Translations under genes and position numbers: made by a program
Shown here: in pieces, positions 42,856 to 51,963 of the stretch
Layout of the letters: every line of letters starts with the position of its first letter
Position numbering within the stretch: position 1 is the first letter of the stretch
Origin: Clostridia bacterium
GTDB lineage: Bacteria; Bacillota; Clostridia; Oscillospirales; RGIG8002
Length of the DNA stretch: 64,000 bases
Assembly (NCBI GenBank): GCA_017620395.1
Contig: JAFZQJ010000027.1
Coordinates: 82,331 to 146,330, forward strand
Direction: 5' to 3'
Notes under the pieces: model-generated
Told to the model about the DNA's origin: nothing
What the model saw: only the letters and a program-made list of their open reading frames with translations
Database searches by the model: none

Positions 42856-43206
42856 ATGATTGCATTGAATGTTTTCAGAGGAGATATTTATTACGCGGAT
42901 CTGAGTCCGGTCGTCGGCTCGGAGCAGGGCGGCACGCGTCCCGTGCTGATCGTTCAGAACGATGTCGGGAACAAATACAGTCCGACCGTCATTGCTGCGG
43001 CAATAACGTCTCAGACCGGCAAAGCTCGTTTGCCGACGCACATACCTATTCCTGCCGCTAACTGCGGACTCGAGAAGGATTCCGTTGTGCTGCTTGAGCA
43101 GGTCAGAACGATCGACAAGCAGCGTTTGAAGGAGCGTATGGGGCATATAGGCGATGAATCGATGAACAGGGTGAACGAAGCGCTTACAATAAGCTTCGGT
43201 CTTTGA
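42856..43206 (+). CDS. mazF: MazF/PemK (EndoA-like) type II toxin endoribonuclease
   Basis: [46 protein letters not shown] closely resembles B. subtilis EndoA/MazF. TTG at 42865 is an alternative start. Confidence 0.92.
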   Translation: MIALNVFRGDIYYADLSPVVGSEQGGTRPVLIVQNDVGNKYSPTVIAAAITSQTGKARLPTHIPIPAANCGLEKDSVVLLEQVRTIDKQRLKERMGHIGDESMNRVNEALTISFGL

Positions 43207-43251
43207 TGCGGATGAGTATTCATATCTGCGGTTTATATCAGAAGTTAAGAT

Positions 43252-43294
43252 GAGCATCGGGTTGCGTTTTTGCGCCCCGATGCTCGGTCTTTTT
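43252..43294 (+). terminator. Rho-independent terminator after mazF
   Basis: GAGCATCGGG pairs with CCCGATGCTC, with an inner GCG/CGC extension, followed by GGTCTTTTT. Confidence 0.75.
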
Positions 43295-43564
43295 GTGAAA
43301 TGTATAATGTGTATATGTGTGGGATCGCGGGTGTAAACATTGAGTAGAAAAATAAATTTTGCGCTGAAAAACAAAGCGCGAAGAATAGGGAGTTTTTCAC
43401 ATTTTCCACCGAGTTTTCAACAGTTCGAAGCGAAAAATGATTTCCGTTCTGTATATTTTTTCCAACGCAGGAGAGCGAAAAATGAATATTTATCTATGGT
43501 TTTGATATCGAAAGCGAATGAATACGCAATAACAGGCGTTTGATGATGTATAATTATGAATTAT

Positions 43565-43601
43565 CATAAAAACACCGGCTGAAGAACGATTCAGCCGGTG
43601 T
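43565..43601 (-). terminator. Rho-independent terminator after aspS
   Basis: ACACCGGCTGAA-gaacga-TTCAGCCGGTGT is a 12-bp stem. The T-run is on the minus strand. Confidence 0.85.
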
Positions 43602-43611
43602 TTTGTGTTTA

Positions 43612-45369
43612 TTAATCCTCGCGGATTATTGCGATGTGGACGTCGGAAAGCTGTTTCGGGTCGACCTCTGAAGGGGCTCCCATCATAAGGTCTTGTGCGT
43701 TCTTGTTCATCGGGAACGGGATGACCTCGCGGATGGAATCCTCTCCGGCGAGCAGCATCACCATACGGTCGACTCCCGGGGCGATGCCTGCGTGCGGCGG
43801 CGCTCCGTAGCAGAACGCGCCGTACATGGCGGGGAACTTGGCGCGGACGTCTTCTTCACCGAGCCCGACGATGTTGAACGCCTTGATCATCAAATCCGGA
43901 TCATGGTTTCTGACTGCGCCGGAGCTCAATTCAACTCCGTTGCAGACCAGGTCGTACTGGTAGGCGAGGATATCAAGCGGCTCCTTGCTTTCGAGAGCTT
44001 CAAGCCCGCCCTGCGGCATTGAGAAGGGGTTGTGACAGAATTCGAGTTCGCCGGATTCTTCGCCGATTTCATACATCGGGAAGTCGACTATCCAGCAGAA
44101 TTCGTACTTTTCCTTATCCATATGGCCGGGAACGGAGGCGCCGAGCAGCTTGCGAAGTACGCCGGCGGTTTTCTGCGCTGTGAGCTTTTTGCCCGCGGCG
44201 AGCGCTACGAAACTGTTGGGCTTCAGTCCGAGTTTTTCGACGACCGCGTCTTTGCGGTCTATGAGGAACTTTGAAATGCCGCCTGTGAGTTCTCCGTTTT
44301 CATCGAGACGGAACCAGCACGCCTTGCTGCCGGAGATGACTTCAGTATCGGCTATGAGCTTATCTATGAACTTGCGCGTTTCGTTAAAGTCACTGACAAC
44401 GACGGCTCGTACTTCGGCGCCTTCGAACGGACCGAAGCCGCAGCCCTGCATTTCAGCGGTGACGTCGGTCACGGTCAGGTCAATGCGCAGATCGGGTTTG
44501 TCCGTGCCGTATTTTTCCATCGCGTCGAGATATGCAATGCGCGCGAATGGGGCGGAGGAAGCGGTGTTATACTTGCCGTACTTGGCAAAGATGGGCGGGA
44601 GCACGTCCTCAAGCACCGCGAACACGTCCTCCTGCGAGGCGAACGCCATCTCCATATCAAGCTGATAGAACTCACCGGGGCTTCTGTCGGCTCTCGCGTC
44701 TTCATCGCGGAAACAGGGCGCGATCTGGAAGTATCTGTCAAAACCGGACGCCATAAGCAGCTGCTTGAACTGCTGCGGCGCCTGAGGCAGCGCATAAAAC
44801 TTGCCGGGGTGGTTGCGTGAAGGCACGAGGTAGTCGCGCGCGCCTTCCGGCGAGGAACTGGTGAGGATCGGAGTGGTTATCTCCATAAAACCGTGATCTA
44901 TCATCGAGGCGCGAAGCGCCGCGACGATATTGCTGCGAAGGATGATGTTCTTTTTGACCTCCGGATTGCGCAGGTCGAGGTACCTGTATTTGAGACGGGC
45001 GTTCTCGTCCGCTTCTTTTGATTTGTTGATCTCAAAGGGCAGGGAGTTGAAGCGGCACTTGCCGAGCACCGTTATCTGCGTCGGAACGACCTCGATATCA
45101 CCGGTTGCCTGCTTCGGATTCTTGGACTGGCGCTCGCGTACCGTGCCGGTGACGCTGATTGTGGATTCCTTATTGATTTCCTTGAACGCCGCCATCATTT
45201 CCGCGCTTTCCGCAACGAGCTGAGTCGTGCCGTAAAAGTCGCGCAGCACGACGAACGCGAAGTTTGAACCTACTTCGCGGACGTTTTCCATCCAACCGCA
45301 AAGCGTGACGTTTTTCCCCGCGTCTGAAAGACGGAGCTCGCCGCAGTTGTGCGTTCTCGACTGGAACAT
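43612..45369 (-). CDS. aspS: Aspartate--tRNA ligase
   Basis: 585 aa. N-terminal OB fold (RTHNCGELR) and class II motifs (FYALPQAPQQFKQLLM, PCFRDEDARADR, GAPPHAGIAPGVDR). Confidence 0.95.
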   Translation of the reverse strand: MFQSRTHNCGELRLSDAGKNVTLCGWMENVREVGSNFAFVVLRDFYGTTQLVAESAEMMAAFKEINKESTISVTGTVRERQSKNPKQATGDIEVVPTQITVLGKCRFNSLPFEINKSKEADENARLKYRYLDLRNPEVKKNIILRSNIVAALRASMIDHGFMEITTPILTSSSPEGARDYLVPSRNHPGKFYALPQAPQQFKQLLMASGFDRYFQIAPCFRDEDARADRSPGEFYQLDMEMAFASQEDVFAVLEDVLPPIFAKYGKYNTASSAPFARIAYLDAMEKYGTDKPDLRIDLTVTDVTAEMQGCGFGPFEGAEVRAVVVSDFNETRKFIDKLIADTEVISGSKACWFRLDENGELTGGISKFLIDRKDAVVEKLGLKPNSFVALAAGKKLTAQKTAGVLRKLLGASVPGHMDKEKYEFCWIVDFPMYEIGEESGELEFCHNPFSMPQGGLEALESKEPLDILAYQYDLVCNGVELSSGAVRNHDPDLMIKAFNIVGLGEEDVRAKFPAMYGAFCYGAPPHAGIAPGVDRMVMLLAGEDSIREVIPFPMNKNAQDLMMGAPSEVDPKQLSDVHIAIIRED

Positions 45370-45516
45370 ATCTATCCCTCTTCCGTATTCGTTATCTTGA
45401 TTATTTTCTCACATTTGTCAAAGATTGTCAATAGCTATGAAGTAAATCTTATATATCATTGGACAAGTCGTGAAAAGCGTGGTATAATAAATATATCAAA
45501 TAAAGGAGGAGAAAAT

Positions 45517-45867
45517 ATGTCGGTGCTGAAAGTCACTTCTGAAAACTATGAACGGGAGGTTTTGAATTCCGAGCTGCCCGTCGTTATCGACTTCTGGGCG
45601 TCGTGGTGCGGGCCGTGCCGTTTGTTGGCTCCGATCATCGAGCAGTTCGCCGCGGAATACGACGGTAAACTTAAAGTGTGTAAGATTGACGTTGATGAAG
45701 AGCAGGAGATCGCCGCCTCTTACAGGGTTATGAGCATACCCACGGTCGTTATGTTGAAGAACGGCGAAGTTACCGCTACCGCCGTCGGATACAGATCGAA
45801 GCACAGTCTCGAGGAGGAGCTCGGGCTGAATCCGCCCAGACTTCGCAACACCGACGTGTTTCGGTGA
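45517..45867 (+). CDS. trxA: Thioredoxin
   Basis: WCGPC active site. An AGGAGG SD precedes ATG 45517; the longer ORF-track start at 45349 overlaps aspS and is rejected. Confidence 0.92.
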   Translation: MSVLKVTSENYEREVLNSELPVVIDFWASWCGPCRLLAPIIEQFAAEYDGKLKVCKIDVDEEQEIAASYRVMSIPTVVMLKNGEVTATAVGYRSKHSLEEELGLNPPRLRNTDVFR

Positions 45868-45900
45868 TGTGTTTGGGTTTGCATTAGCCGTAATACGGAT

Positions 45901-45940
45901 AAAAAACGCATCTTTTGGCACGCCAAAAGATGCGTTTTTT
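45901..45940. terminator. Rho-independent terminator after trxA (symmetric)
   Basis: AAAAAACGCATCTTTTGG-cacg-CCAAAAGATGCGTTTTTT is an 18-bp perfect palindrome. Confidence 0.85.
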
Positions 45941-46025
45941 AAGGCTGGAATTACCGTTTTGGCAAAAATGAGGGTATCGTTAGATCCCGCAATATGATTT
46001 TCCGTAGGGAATATAAATATAACTG

Positions 46026-46061
46026 AAAAGGGTTGCTGTTTGTTAAAACAACAACCCTTTT
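46026..46061 (-). terminator. Terminator hairpin downstream of tRNA-Leu
   Basis: AAAAGGGTTG pairs with CAACCCTTTT immediately 3' of the tRNA on the minus strand. Confidence 0.6.
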
Positions 46062-46062
46062 C

Positions 46063-46149
46063 TGGTGCGGTCGGGGGGACTTGAACCCCCACGAGATTGC
46101 TCTCACTAGCCCCTCAAGCTAGCGCGTCTGCCTATTCCGCCACGACCGC
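46063..46149 (-). tRNA. tRNA-Leu (anticodon GAG), long variable arm, CCA encoded
   Basis: The minus strand reads GCGGTCG-TG-GCGGAATAGGCAGACGCG-CTAGC-TTGAGGG-GCTAG-TGAGAGCAATCTCGT-GGGGG-TTCAAGT-CCCCC-CGACCGC-ACCA. Confidence 0.9.
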
Positions 46150-46160
46150 GTGCAAGAGGT

Positions 46161-46189
46161 ATTATAATCGAATACCTTCGACTTGTCAA
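46161..46189 (-). promoter_or_regulatory. Perfect-consensus sigma-A promoter of tRNA-Leu
   Basis: The minus strand reads TTGACA (46189-46184), a 17-nt spacer, then TATAAT (46166-46161). It lies 11 nt upstream of the tRNA 5' end. Confidence 0.75.
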
Positions 46190-46217
46190 CAGTAATTTTT
46201 CATTTTTCCGAAAAAAG

Positions 46218-46979
46218 TTACAGTATATTCAGTTTCCTGTTTATGATCGAGTTTGCGCTTTCGAAGCAGCCGACGCAGAGCGCGGAGAAGAATACCGCCG
46301 CAAAAAGGCCGTAATCGCTCATTGTCTTCACCGTGCCTTCTCCAATGAATGCGAAGATCTTATCGAATACGCCGAATTCGAACATCAGGTAGCTTATTCC
46401 ACCGAGCGTGCATATTATGATAATCCCGCCGATTATCGTGGCGGCAAGACGCTGTTTGAGGAAAAGGTGTCCGATTGCCGAGGCGAGGTATATACCGGCA
46501 ACTATGACGGACGCTATCAGCAGCGCGAGCAGCGCCGCCATAAAATTGTAGAAAAAACCGAATCCGGAGTTAAAAAAGACCGACACGACCGGCGGGAGCT
46601 CCGCGTGATAAAGCCAATAAGAAAAGACGGATACTCCCATCGTGCAGGCGCACCAAACCATTGCGGTCGTAAACCTTGCCGTAAGATGCTCGCGTACGGT
46701 TGCGGGGATCGCCATCGTCGTTGCGCCCTCGTCGCCGAGCATGGAACGGTATACACGCTGCGCGACAACGTAAAGGGTCAAAAAGATTCCGAGCGCGATA
46801 ACGAGTTCGTTTAGTATGCGTACGACGTTTATCACCGTTTGCATAACCATCGCTTCGGATGAACCTCCGAAGACGTTGAGCAGACGCCCCGCGCCGGAGG
46901 CTACAAGCATTGCCGCATAAAGAGGGAGCATGGTCTTCCAGGAGGATATGAATTCGTGCTTGATGAGTTTCTTCAGCAT
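46218..46979 (-). CDS. ABC-2-type transporter permease-like membrane protein
   Basis: 253-aa polytopic ORF. It overlaps and follows the ABC ATPase gene. Confidence 0.7.
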   Translation of the reverse strand: MLKKLIKHEFISSWKTMLPLYAAMLVASGAGRLLNVFGGSSEAMVMQTVINVVRILNELVIALGIFLTLYVVAQRVYRSMLGDEGATTMAIPATVREHLTARFTTAMVWCACTMGVSVFSYWLYHAELPPVVSVFFNSGFGFFYNFMAALLALLIASVIVAGIYLASAIGHLFLKQRLAATIIGGIIIICTLGGISYLMFEFGVFDKIFAFIGEGTVKTMSDYGLFAAVFFSALCVGCFESANSIINRKLNIL

Positions 46980-47671
46980 TTGTATTCCTCCGTAAAAAGG
47001 GCGTGGATGGATTTGCCCTTATCAGCGCGCAGCTTTTCCGCGTTTTCAAACAGGGCTATTCTGCCGGCGCTGACGAAAGCGGCGTGGGTGATTATCCTCT
47101 CTACGTCGGACGGCGTGCGCGATGAAATGATTACCGTGCTCTTCTCAGTGTGAGCCGATACTATCGAGTCGAGGATATAACTCAAAGTAGCGGTGTCGAC
47201 CGCTTCGACCGGACTGTCAAGCAGATAGAGCGTTGCGTTTCTGCTTAAGGTAAGCGAAAGCCGGAGCTTCTGAAGACTGCCTTTCGATAGATCTGCCGTT
47301 TTTTCTTTTAATTCGATACCGAGCGCCGAGAGAAGCGAGAGGGCTTTTTCTTCGTCGAAATCGGCGTAGAAATCGCGGTAGAATCTGAGTGCGCCGATTA
47401 CCGAAGCGTTGTCGCCGAAGCTTTCTTCATGGGGCAAAAACGCGGTTACGCGTTTTGTGTCGACTCCGGGCTTGTTACCGTTGATAAACACTTCTCCGCC
47501 GCTTGGAGTCAGAAGTCCGGCGGCGAGTTTCAGAAGCGTCGTCTTACCGCTGCCTTCAACGCCGAAAAGCCCGACGATGCAGCCGGGTTCAACTGCGAAA
47601 TCGAGCTCGTTTACGGCGACAACCTCGCCGTATTTTTTAATTAGCTTTTTACATTCCAATATCGGGGACAA
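46973..47671 (-). CDS. ABC transporter ATP-binding protein
   Basis: Walker A GVEGSGKTTLLK, signature-like LSKGSLQKL, and Walker B LYLLDSP. Confidence 0.88.
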   Translation of the reverse strand: MSPILECKKLIKKYGEVVAVNELDFAVEPGCIVGLFGVEGSGKTTLLKLAAGLLTPSGGEVFINGNKPGVDTKRVTAFLPHEESFGDNASVIGALRFYRDFYADFDEEKALSLLSALGIELKEKTADLSKGSLQKLRLSLTLSRNATLYLLDSPVEAVDTATLSYILDSIVSAHTEKSTVIISSRTPSDVERIITHAAFVSAGRIALFENAEKLRADKGKSIHALFTEEYKC

Positions 47672-47733
47672 ATCGGCACCTCCGCAGATATTCAGTAAAA
47701 ACCGCGGCTGCCGAAAGGCTACCGCGGCGAGGA

Positions 47734-49221
47734 TTATTTTCTGTAAAGCCGTTTGCCGCGAATCACCGGTTCGCTGGTGAGATTGATGCCGAGCTTCTTC
47801 AGCGTCGACTCGTCGACGCTTGCAAGCATGACCGAGGAATGCATTTCCGCATGTCTGAGCTTGCTGAGCTGCTTAAGGGCGAGCTCTGCGGTCGGATTCA
47901 TGGCGGCGCTTATTGCAAGAGCGATAAGTATCTCGTCCGTGTGAAGACGCGGATTGCTGTTGCCGAGGTCGACGGTCTTGAGTTTCTGGATTGGCTCGAT
48001 AATTATGGGGGATATCAGCAGTATATCGTGGTGGATTCCGCCGAGCACCTTAAGGGAATTGAGCAGCGCGGCGGCTGCGGCTCCGAGCAGGGAGGAAGTC
48101 TTGCCGGTAATTATCCTTCCGTCGTCGAGCTGTATAGCGGCGGCAGGAGCGCCGGTTTCCTTTTCGCGATCAAGCGCGGCCGCAACTACGGGGCGGAAGC
48201 TTTCGTCAACGCCTGCCTGCTTCATCAGCATTTCGTTTTTGTAGACGGCTTCACTGCTGACCTTGCCGTTTTTGGCGGCGCAAACGGTGTTGTAATATCT
48301 GCGGACGATTTCCTGATTCGACGCCTCGCATACGACTTCGTCGTCTATTATGCAGTTGCCCGCCATATTGACGCCCATATCCGTCGGGGATTTGTAGGGG
48401 CATTCTCCGCCGGTGATCTGTTCGAACAGCGCCTTGAGTACGGGGAATATCTCGACGTCGCGGTTGTAGTTGACTGCGGTCGTTCCGTAAGCTTCGAGAT
48501 GGAACGGATCGATCATATTAACGTCGTTGAGGTCGGAGGTGGCTGCCTCGTACGCAAGGTTGACAGGGTGCTTCAGCGGCAGATTCCAAATGGGGAAGGT
48601 TTCGAATTTCGCATATCCCGATTTGATTCCGCGCTTGCTGTCATGATACAGCTGCGAGAGACAGGTTGCCATTTTGCCGCTTCCCGGGCCGGGAGCGGTG
48701 ACGACGACGAGCGGCCGGGAGGTCTCTATATATTCGTTTTTTCCGAAACCGTCGTCGCTGACGATGAGCGGAATATTGGAGGGATATCCGTCTATGCGGT
48801 AATGCCGATAGACCTTCAGCCCGAGATTCTCAAGACGCTCCTTGAAAAGTCTGCATGCGGGCTGATCGCTGTACTGCGTTATTACGACGCTGCTGACGAA
48901 CAGTCCGCAGTCGCGGAAAGCGTCGATGAGGCGCAAAACGTCGGAGTCATAAGTTATGCCGAGATCTCCGCGGATCTTACTGTTCTCGATATCGGATGAG
49001 TTGATAACTACGACGACCTCCGCCTTGTCGGCGACCTTCAGCAGCATCCTGATTTTAGAGTCGGGCTCAAATCCGGGGAGTACTCGCGAAGCGTGCAGAT
49101 CGTCGAACAATTTGCCGCCGAATTCGAGGTAAAGCTTTCCGCCGAACTGATCGATGCGCTTTTCGATGTTCTCGGATTGCATAGCTATATACTTTGCGTT
49201 GTCAAATCCGACTTTAAACAT
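47734..49221 (-). CDS. DUF1846 (UPF0371) family protein
   Basis: 495 aa. The N-terminus GFDNAKYIAMQSENIEKRIDQFGGKLYLEFGGKLFDDLHASRVLPGFEPD is as I recall for UPF0371. Confidence 0.8.
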   Translation of the reverse strand: MFKVGFDNAKYIAMQSENIEKRIDQFGGKLYLEFGGKLFDDLHASRVLPGFEPDSKIRMLLKVADKAEVVVVINSSDIENSKIRGDLGITYDSDVLRLIDAFRDCGLFVSSVVITQYSDQPACRLFKERLENLGLKVYRHYRIDGYPSNIPLIVSDDGFGKNEYIETSRPLVVVTAPGPGSGKMATCLSQLYHDSKRGIKSGYAKFETFPIWNLPLKHPVNLAYEAATSDLNDVNMIDPFHLEAYGTTAVNYNRDVEIFPVLKALFEQITGGECPYKSPTDMGVNMAGNCIIDDEVVCEASNQEIVRRYYNTVCAAKNGKVSSEAVYKNEMLMKQAGVDESFRPVVAAALDREKETGAPAAAIQLDDGRIITGKTSSLLGAAAAALLNSLKVLGGIHHDILLISPIIIEPIQKLKTVDLGNSNPRLHTDEILIALAISAAMNPTAELALKQLSKLRHAEMHSSVMLASVDESTLKKLGINLTSEPVIRGKRLYRK

Positions 49222-49374
49222 AACGTACCTCCGACAGAATTAATCAAATATGAAGTTATTATATTACAATTCGACGGAAGTTTCAACCGTTATTTAAAAA
49301 ATGAAAACAAAAATATTGATAATTTCGGGAGAAAATGATAACATAGTATCAAATCATAATAACCGGAGGGTGAA

Positions 49375-49764
49375 ATGAACGGCAACGATCTTATTGCGCT
49401 CGCTAAAGAGGCGAGGAAGAAGGCGTATTCGCCATACTCGGGCTTTTCCGTCGGAGCTGCGCTGCTGACTAAGACCGGTAAGGTTTTCACCGGATGCAAT
49501 ATTGAAAACGCGACCTTTTCGCCTACGATATGCGCGGAGCGCACAGCTTTTGCGAAGGCGATAAGCGAAGGTGAGCGCGAGTTTGAAGCTATCGCTATCG
49601 TCGGAGGCGCTGACAGAGACGACGCCGTTTGCTATCCCTGCGGCGTCTGCAGGCAGTTTATGAGCGAGTTCTGCACAAGCGATTTTAAGCTGTACTTCGC
49701 CGCCGGAGACGAAACGGTAGAGTACGGATTTGATGAAATAATGCCTCACAGATTTCATCTGTGA
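49375..49764 (+). CDS. cdd: Cytidine deaminase
   Basis: Zinc-binding motifs CAERTA and PCGVCRQ in a 129-aa protein. Confidence 0.93.
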   Translation: MNGNDLIALAKEARKKAYSPYSGFSVGAALLTKTGKVFTGCNIENATFSPTICAERTAFAKAISEGEREFEAIAIVGGADRDDAVCYPCGVCRQFMSEFCTSDFKLYFAAGDETVEYGFDEIMPHRFHL

Positions 49765-49773
49765 GGCGTTGCC

Positions 49774-51810
49774 TTATTTCAGCTTCAAGCATACAGCGGT
49801 AATGTCGTCGGCAGGTGAGGAGCCATAGCTCTCCCTGCCGGTTTTAACTATTCTTTCGCAGATGCTTCTTACGTCCGAATTGCGAAAATCGGAGCTGTCT
49901 ATCCATTCATCGCCGTTGTTCAGCGCTCCGTCCGAGAGCATGACGAGGAAGTCACTGCGTTTAAGTTTGCCTGATATAACGTTGCAGCCGGATTCGTTGA
50001 GTATACCGACGGGAAGAGTCGGCGAATAGAGGCGCCGGGTGCGGTTTTCGGAAATGACGTAGCTTGCGGGCGCCCCGGCTTTCGCGATCCTGTATTCACC
50101 GGTTTCCGTGTCCAGCATACAAACATCCGCGGTCGCGAAGGTTTCTTCGCCTCCTTTCAGTTTCAGCGCTGCGTTTGCGAGTTTAAGTGCTGTTGCGAAC
50201 GACAGCCCGTTCAACAAGAAACGCTTGAGTAATCTGCACGTCATGCCGCTGTCTATTGCCGCGAGTTTGCCGGAACCCATCCCGTCGCTGATGATTACGT
50301 AAACATATTTTCCGCGGACGAAGTATTCGCAGTTATCACCGGAATAGTCTTCTTTTTCATTCTTGAAGGACGAGCTGAATATTTCGACTCGTTCCGCGGC
50401 GCCGGATTGGCAATTCGCTGTCTCGAATCCCGCTGAGATTTCTGCTGAAACGTCCTCTAAAGCGTCGGAAACAATCGAATACACGTCGGTTGACAACTCC
50501 CGCAAATCGCGTATTTCGAACGATGACGTGTCGTTGCCGAGCATATATCGCCTTATCATATTCTCCATTTCGCTCAAATGGGCGCATCTCGGGAGTGACG
50601 CCGCGGTCGCCTTGCCGTGAACCGACTCGCGTGCGTACGTATATATCCCTCTCCTGACTTCATTTTGCTTAACGCCTGAGCAGAATTTCGTGAGTTCGCA
50701 ACCGGAGCACAGCGATTCGAGAACGTGTGAGACGCATCCGTCCGGAGTCGGGGCGAGCTCTTTGCCGACTTCCTCAGAAACGCTTGCGATGCTGTCCTTC
50801 AAATATCGGAAAAGGGTTGCGGTCTCTCTGAGTTTATCGGCTGCATATTCGCCGGAGCCGCCGCTGTTTTCTCGCTCCGCGAGAAGCGATGTGCGCGTCA
50901 GAAGTCTTTGAGGTATCAGCGTCATGATCAGAGATGCGGCAAGGACTTCAACCATCTGCGGAAGCAATTCGATTACCGGCGTGAAAATCAGATTAAAGCC
51001 GAACCGTAAAGCGATGAATCCTGCCGCGCACGGGAGTTTTCCTAATTTGAAAAGCTTTCTTGCCGCAAGAACGCTCACCGGAAGTATGAAAAAACACTCC
51101 GGTTTCAATGCGCCTACGCTCCACGCCGCGCCGAAAAAAGCCGACGCAAAAAACGATTCCGTTCCATTCAGCCTGACGGCGAATACAAGAGCTCCTGCCG
51201 ACGCTGCCGTTGCGAGCAGACTGACGCCGAGCGGTTTGACCGATTCCAGCGGAAGCAGCATCAAAAACACGGTCGCGGCCGCGAAAGCAAGCTCCGCCGG
51301 TTTCAGACGGAATAGGCTTCTGCCGTATAATTCAAAAGCGTTTTTGAAAACGAACGCCGAGCCTGCGGCGACTCCCGAAAGCGCGAGCCATCCGAAGCTT
51401 CCGGTTAGATCCGACACCATAACGTCGCCGCACAGGATACCTGTGACGGTCAGCGATAAAAAGACCGCTATCGGCGCAATGTAGGCGTCGGAAAGGGTTT
51501 TTCCTCTCCCTTTGAAAAGAAGTCTGAACAGCAGCATTGCCGTCATCGCGGAGACCGGAGCCGCCGATTCATAAAAAGAGTTGATCATATATGAGAAGAA
51601 TCCTCCGAGATAACAAAGGAACGCAAGGCTTCGCGGCATCACGGCTATCGCCGCGACCGCGAACGGAGAAACACCGATCGCTTTTATCGGCAGCGCCGCT
51701 ATGAATCCGAAGGCTGTCGCGGCGGCTCCCTTGACTCCGCTGAGGGCGAAAAGCTTTTCCGCGTTCAGCTTCAGTGATTTGTGCTTTCTTTCGGTAATCG
51801 TGTTGTTCAT
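49774..51810 (-). CDS. spoIIE: Stage II sporulation protein E (PP2C phosphatase with polytopic N-terminal domain)
   Basis: About 10 TM segments, followed by a C-terminal PP2C domain (ISDGMGSG and LSDGALN). An AAGGAGG SD precedes ATG 51810; the GTG at 51828 lies upstream of that SD. Confidence 0.9.
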   Translation of the reverse strand: MNNTITERKHKSLKLNAEKLFALSGVKGAAATAFGFIAALPIKAIGVSPFAVAAIAVMPRSLAFLCYLGGFFSYMINSFYESAAPVSAMTAMLLFRLLFKGRGKTLSDAYIAPIAVFLSLTVTGILCGDVMVSDLTGSFGWLALSGVAAGSAFVFKNAFELYGRSLFRLKPAELAFAAATVFLMLLPLESVKPLGVSLLATAASAGALVFAVRLNGTESFFASAFFGAAWSVGALKPECFFILPVSVLAARKLFKLGKLPCAAGFIALRFGFNLIFTPVIELLPQMVEVLAASLIMTLIPQRLLTRTSLLAERENSGGSGEYAADKLRETATLFRYLKDSIASVSEEVGKELAPTPDGCVSHVLESLCSGCELTKFCSGVKQNEVRRGIYTYARESVHGKATAASLPRCAHLSEMENMIRRYMLGNDTSSFEIRDLRELSTDVYSIVSDALEDVSAEISAGFETANCQSGAAERVEIFSSSFKNEKEDYSGDNCEYFVRGKYVYVIISDGMGSGKLAAIDSGMTCRLLKRFLLNGLSFATALKLANAALKLKGGEETFATADVCMLDTETGEYRIAKAGAPASYVISENRTRRLYSPTLPVGILNESGCNVISGKLKRSDFLVMLSDGALNNGDEWIDSSDFRNSDVRSICERIVKTGRESYGSSPADDITAVCLKLK

Positions 51811-51963
51811 TTCTGCCTCCTTCCGCACAAAAATACTATAATGCTTGTCCCTGTAATACTATTGTCATATAAAGTCAGAAAAAAACGACAAATTGTGTTT
51901 AATACTCTTTATTTATCCCACAAAATGTGGTATTATATATTAAACGTTTGAAAATCGACGGAA

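Noticed and set aside
42825-43061. 78-aa + strand ORF overlapping the 5' half of mazF in another frame
   Set aside because: It is out of frame with a strongly conserved MazF sequence, has no SD, and gives an arginine-rich nonsense-like translation.
43340-43543. 67-aa TTG-initiated ORF in the mazF-aspS spacer
   Set aside because: It has no SD and A/T-rich codons unlike any confident gene in the window. Its basic, low-complexity translation has no motif.
45370-45516. Looked for a T-box leader upstream of aspS
   Set aside because: Only ~147 nt separate aspS from the divergent trxA start, which is too short for a T-box. I also see no AGAGA / T-box (AAnnnGGGTGGTACCGCG-like) sequence.
45496-46092. 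198-aa minus-strand ORF covering trxA (antisense) and running into tRNA-Leu
   Set aside because: It is antisense to trxA, which has the WCGPC motif and a strong SD. It crosses two terminator palindromes and the tRNA 3' end.
51895-51945. DnaA-box-like TTATCCCACA and palindrome CCACAaaaTGTGG upstream of rmuC
   Set aside because: It is a single imperfect box, with one extra C relative to TTATCCACA, and no clustered boxes or AT-rich unwinding element. It is more simply part of the rmuC promoter region (TGgTATTAT extended -10).
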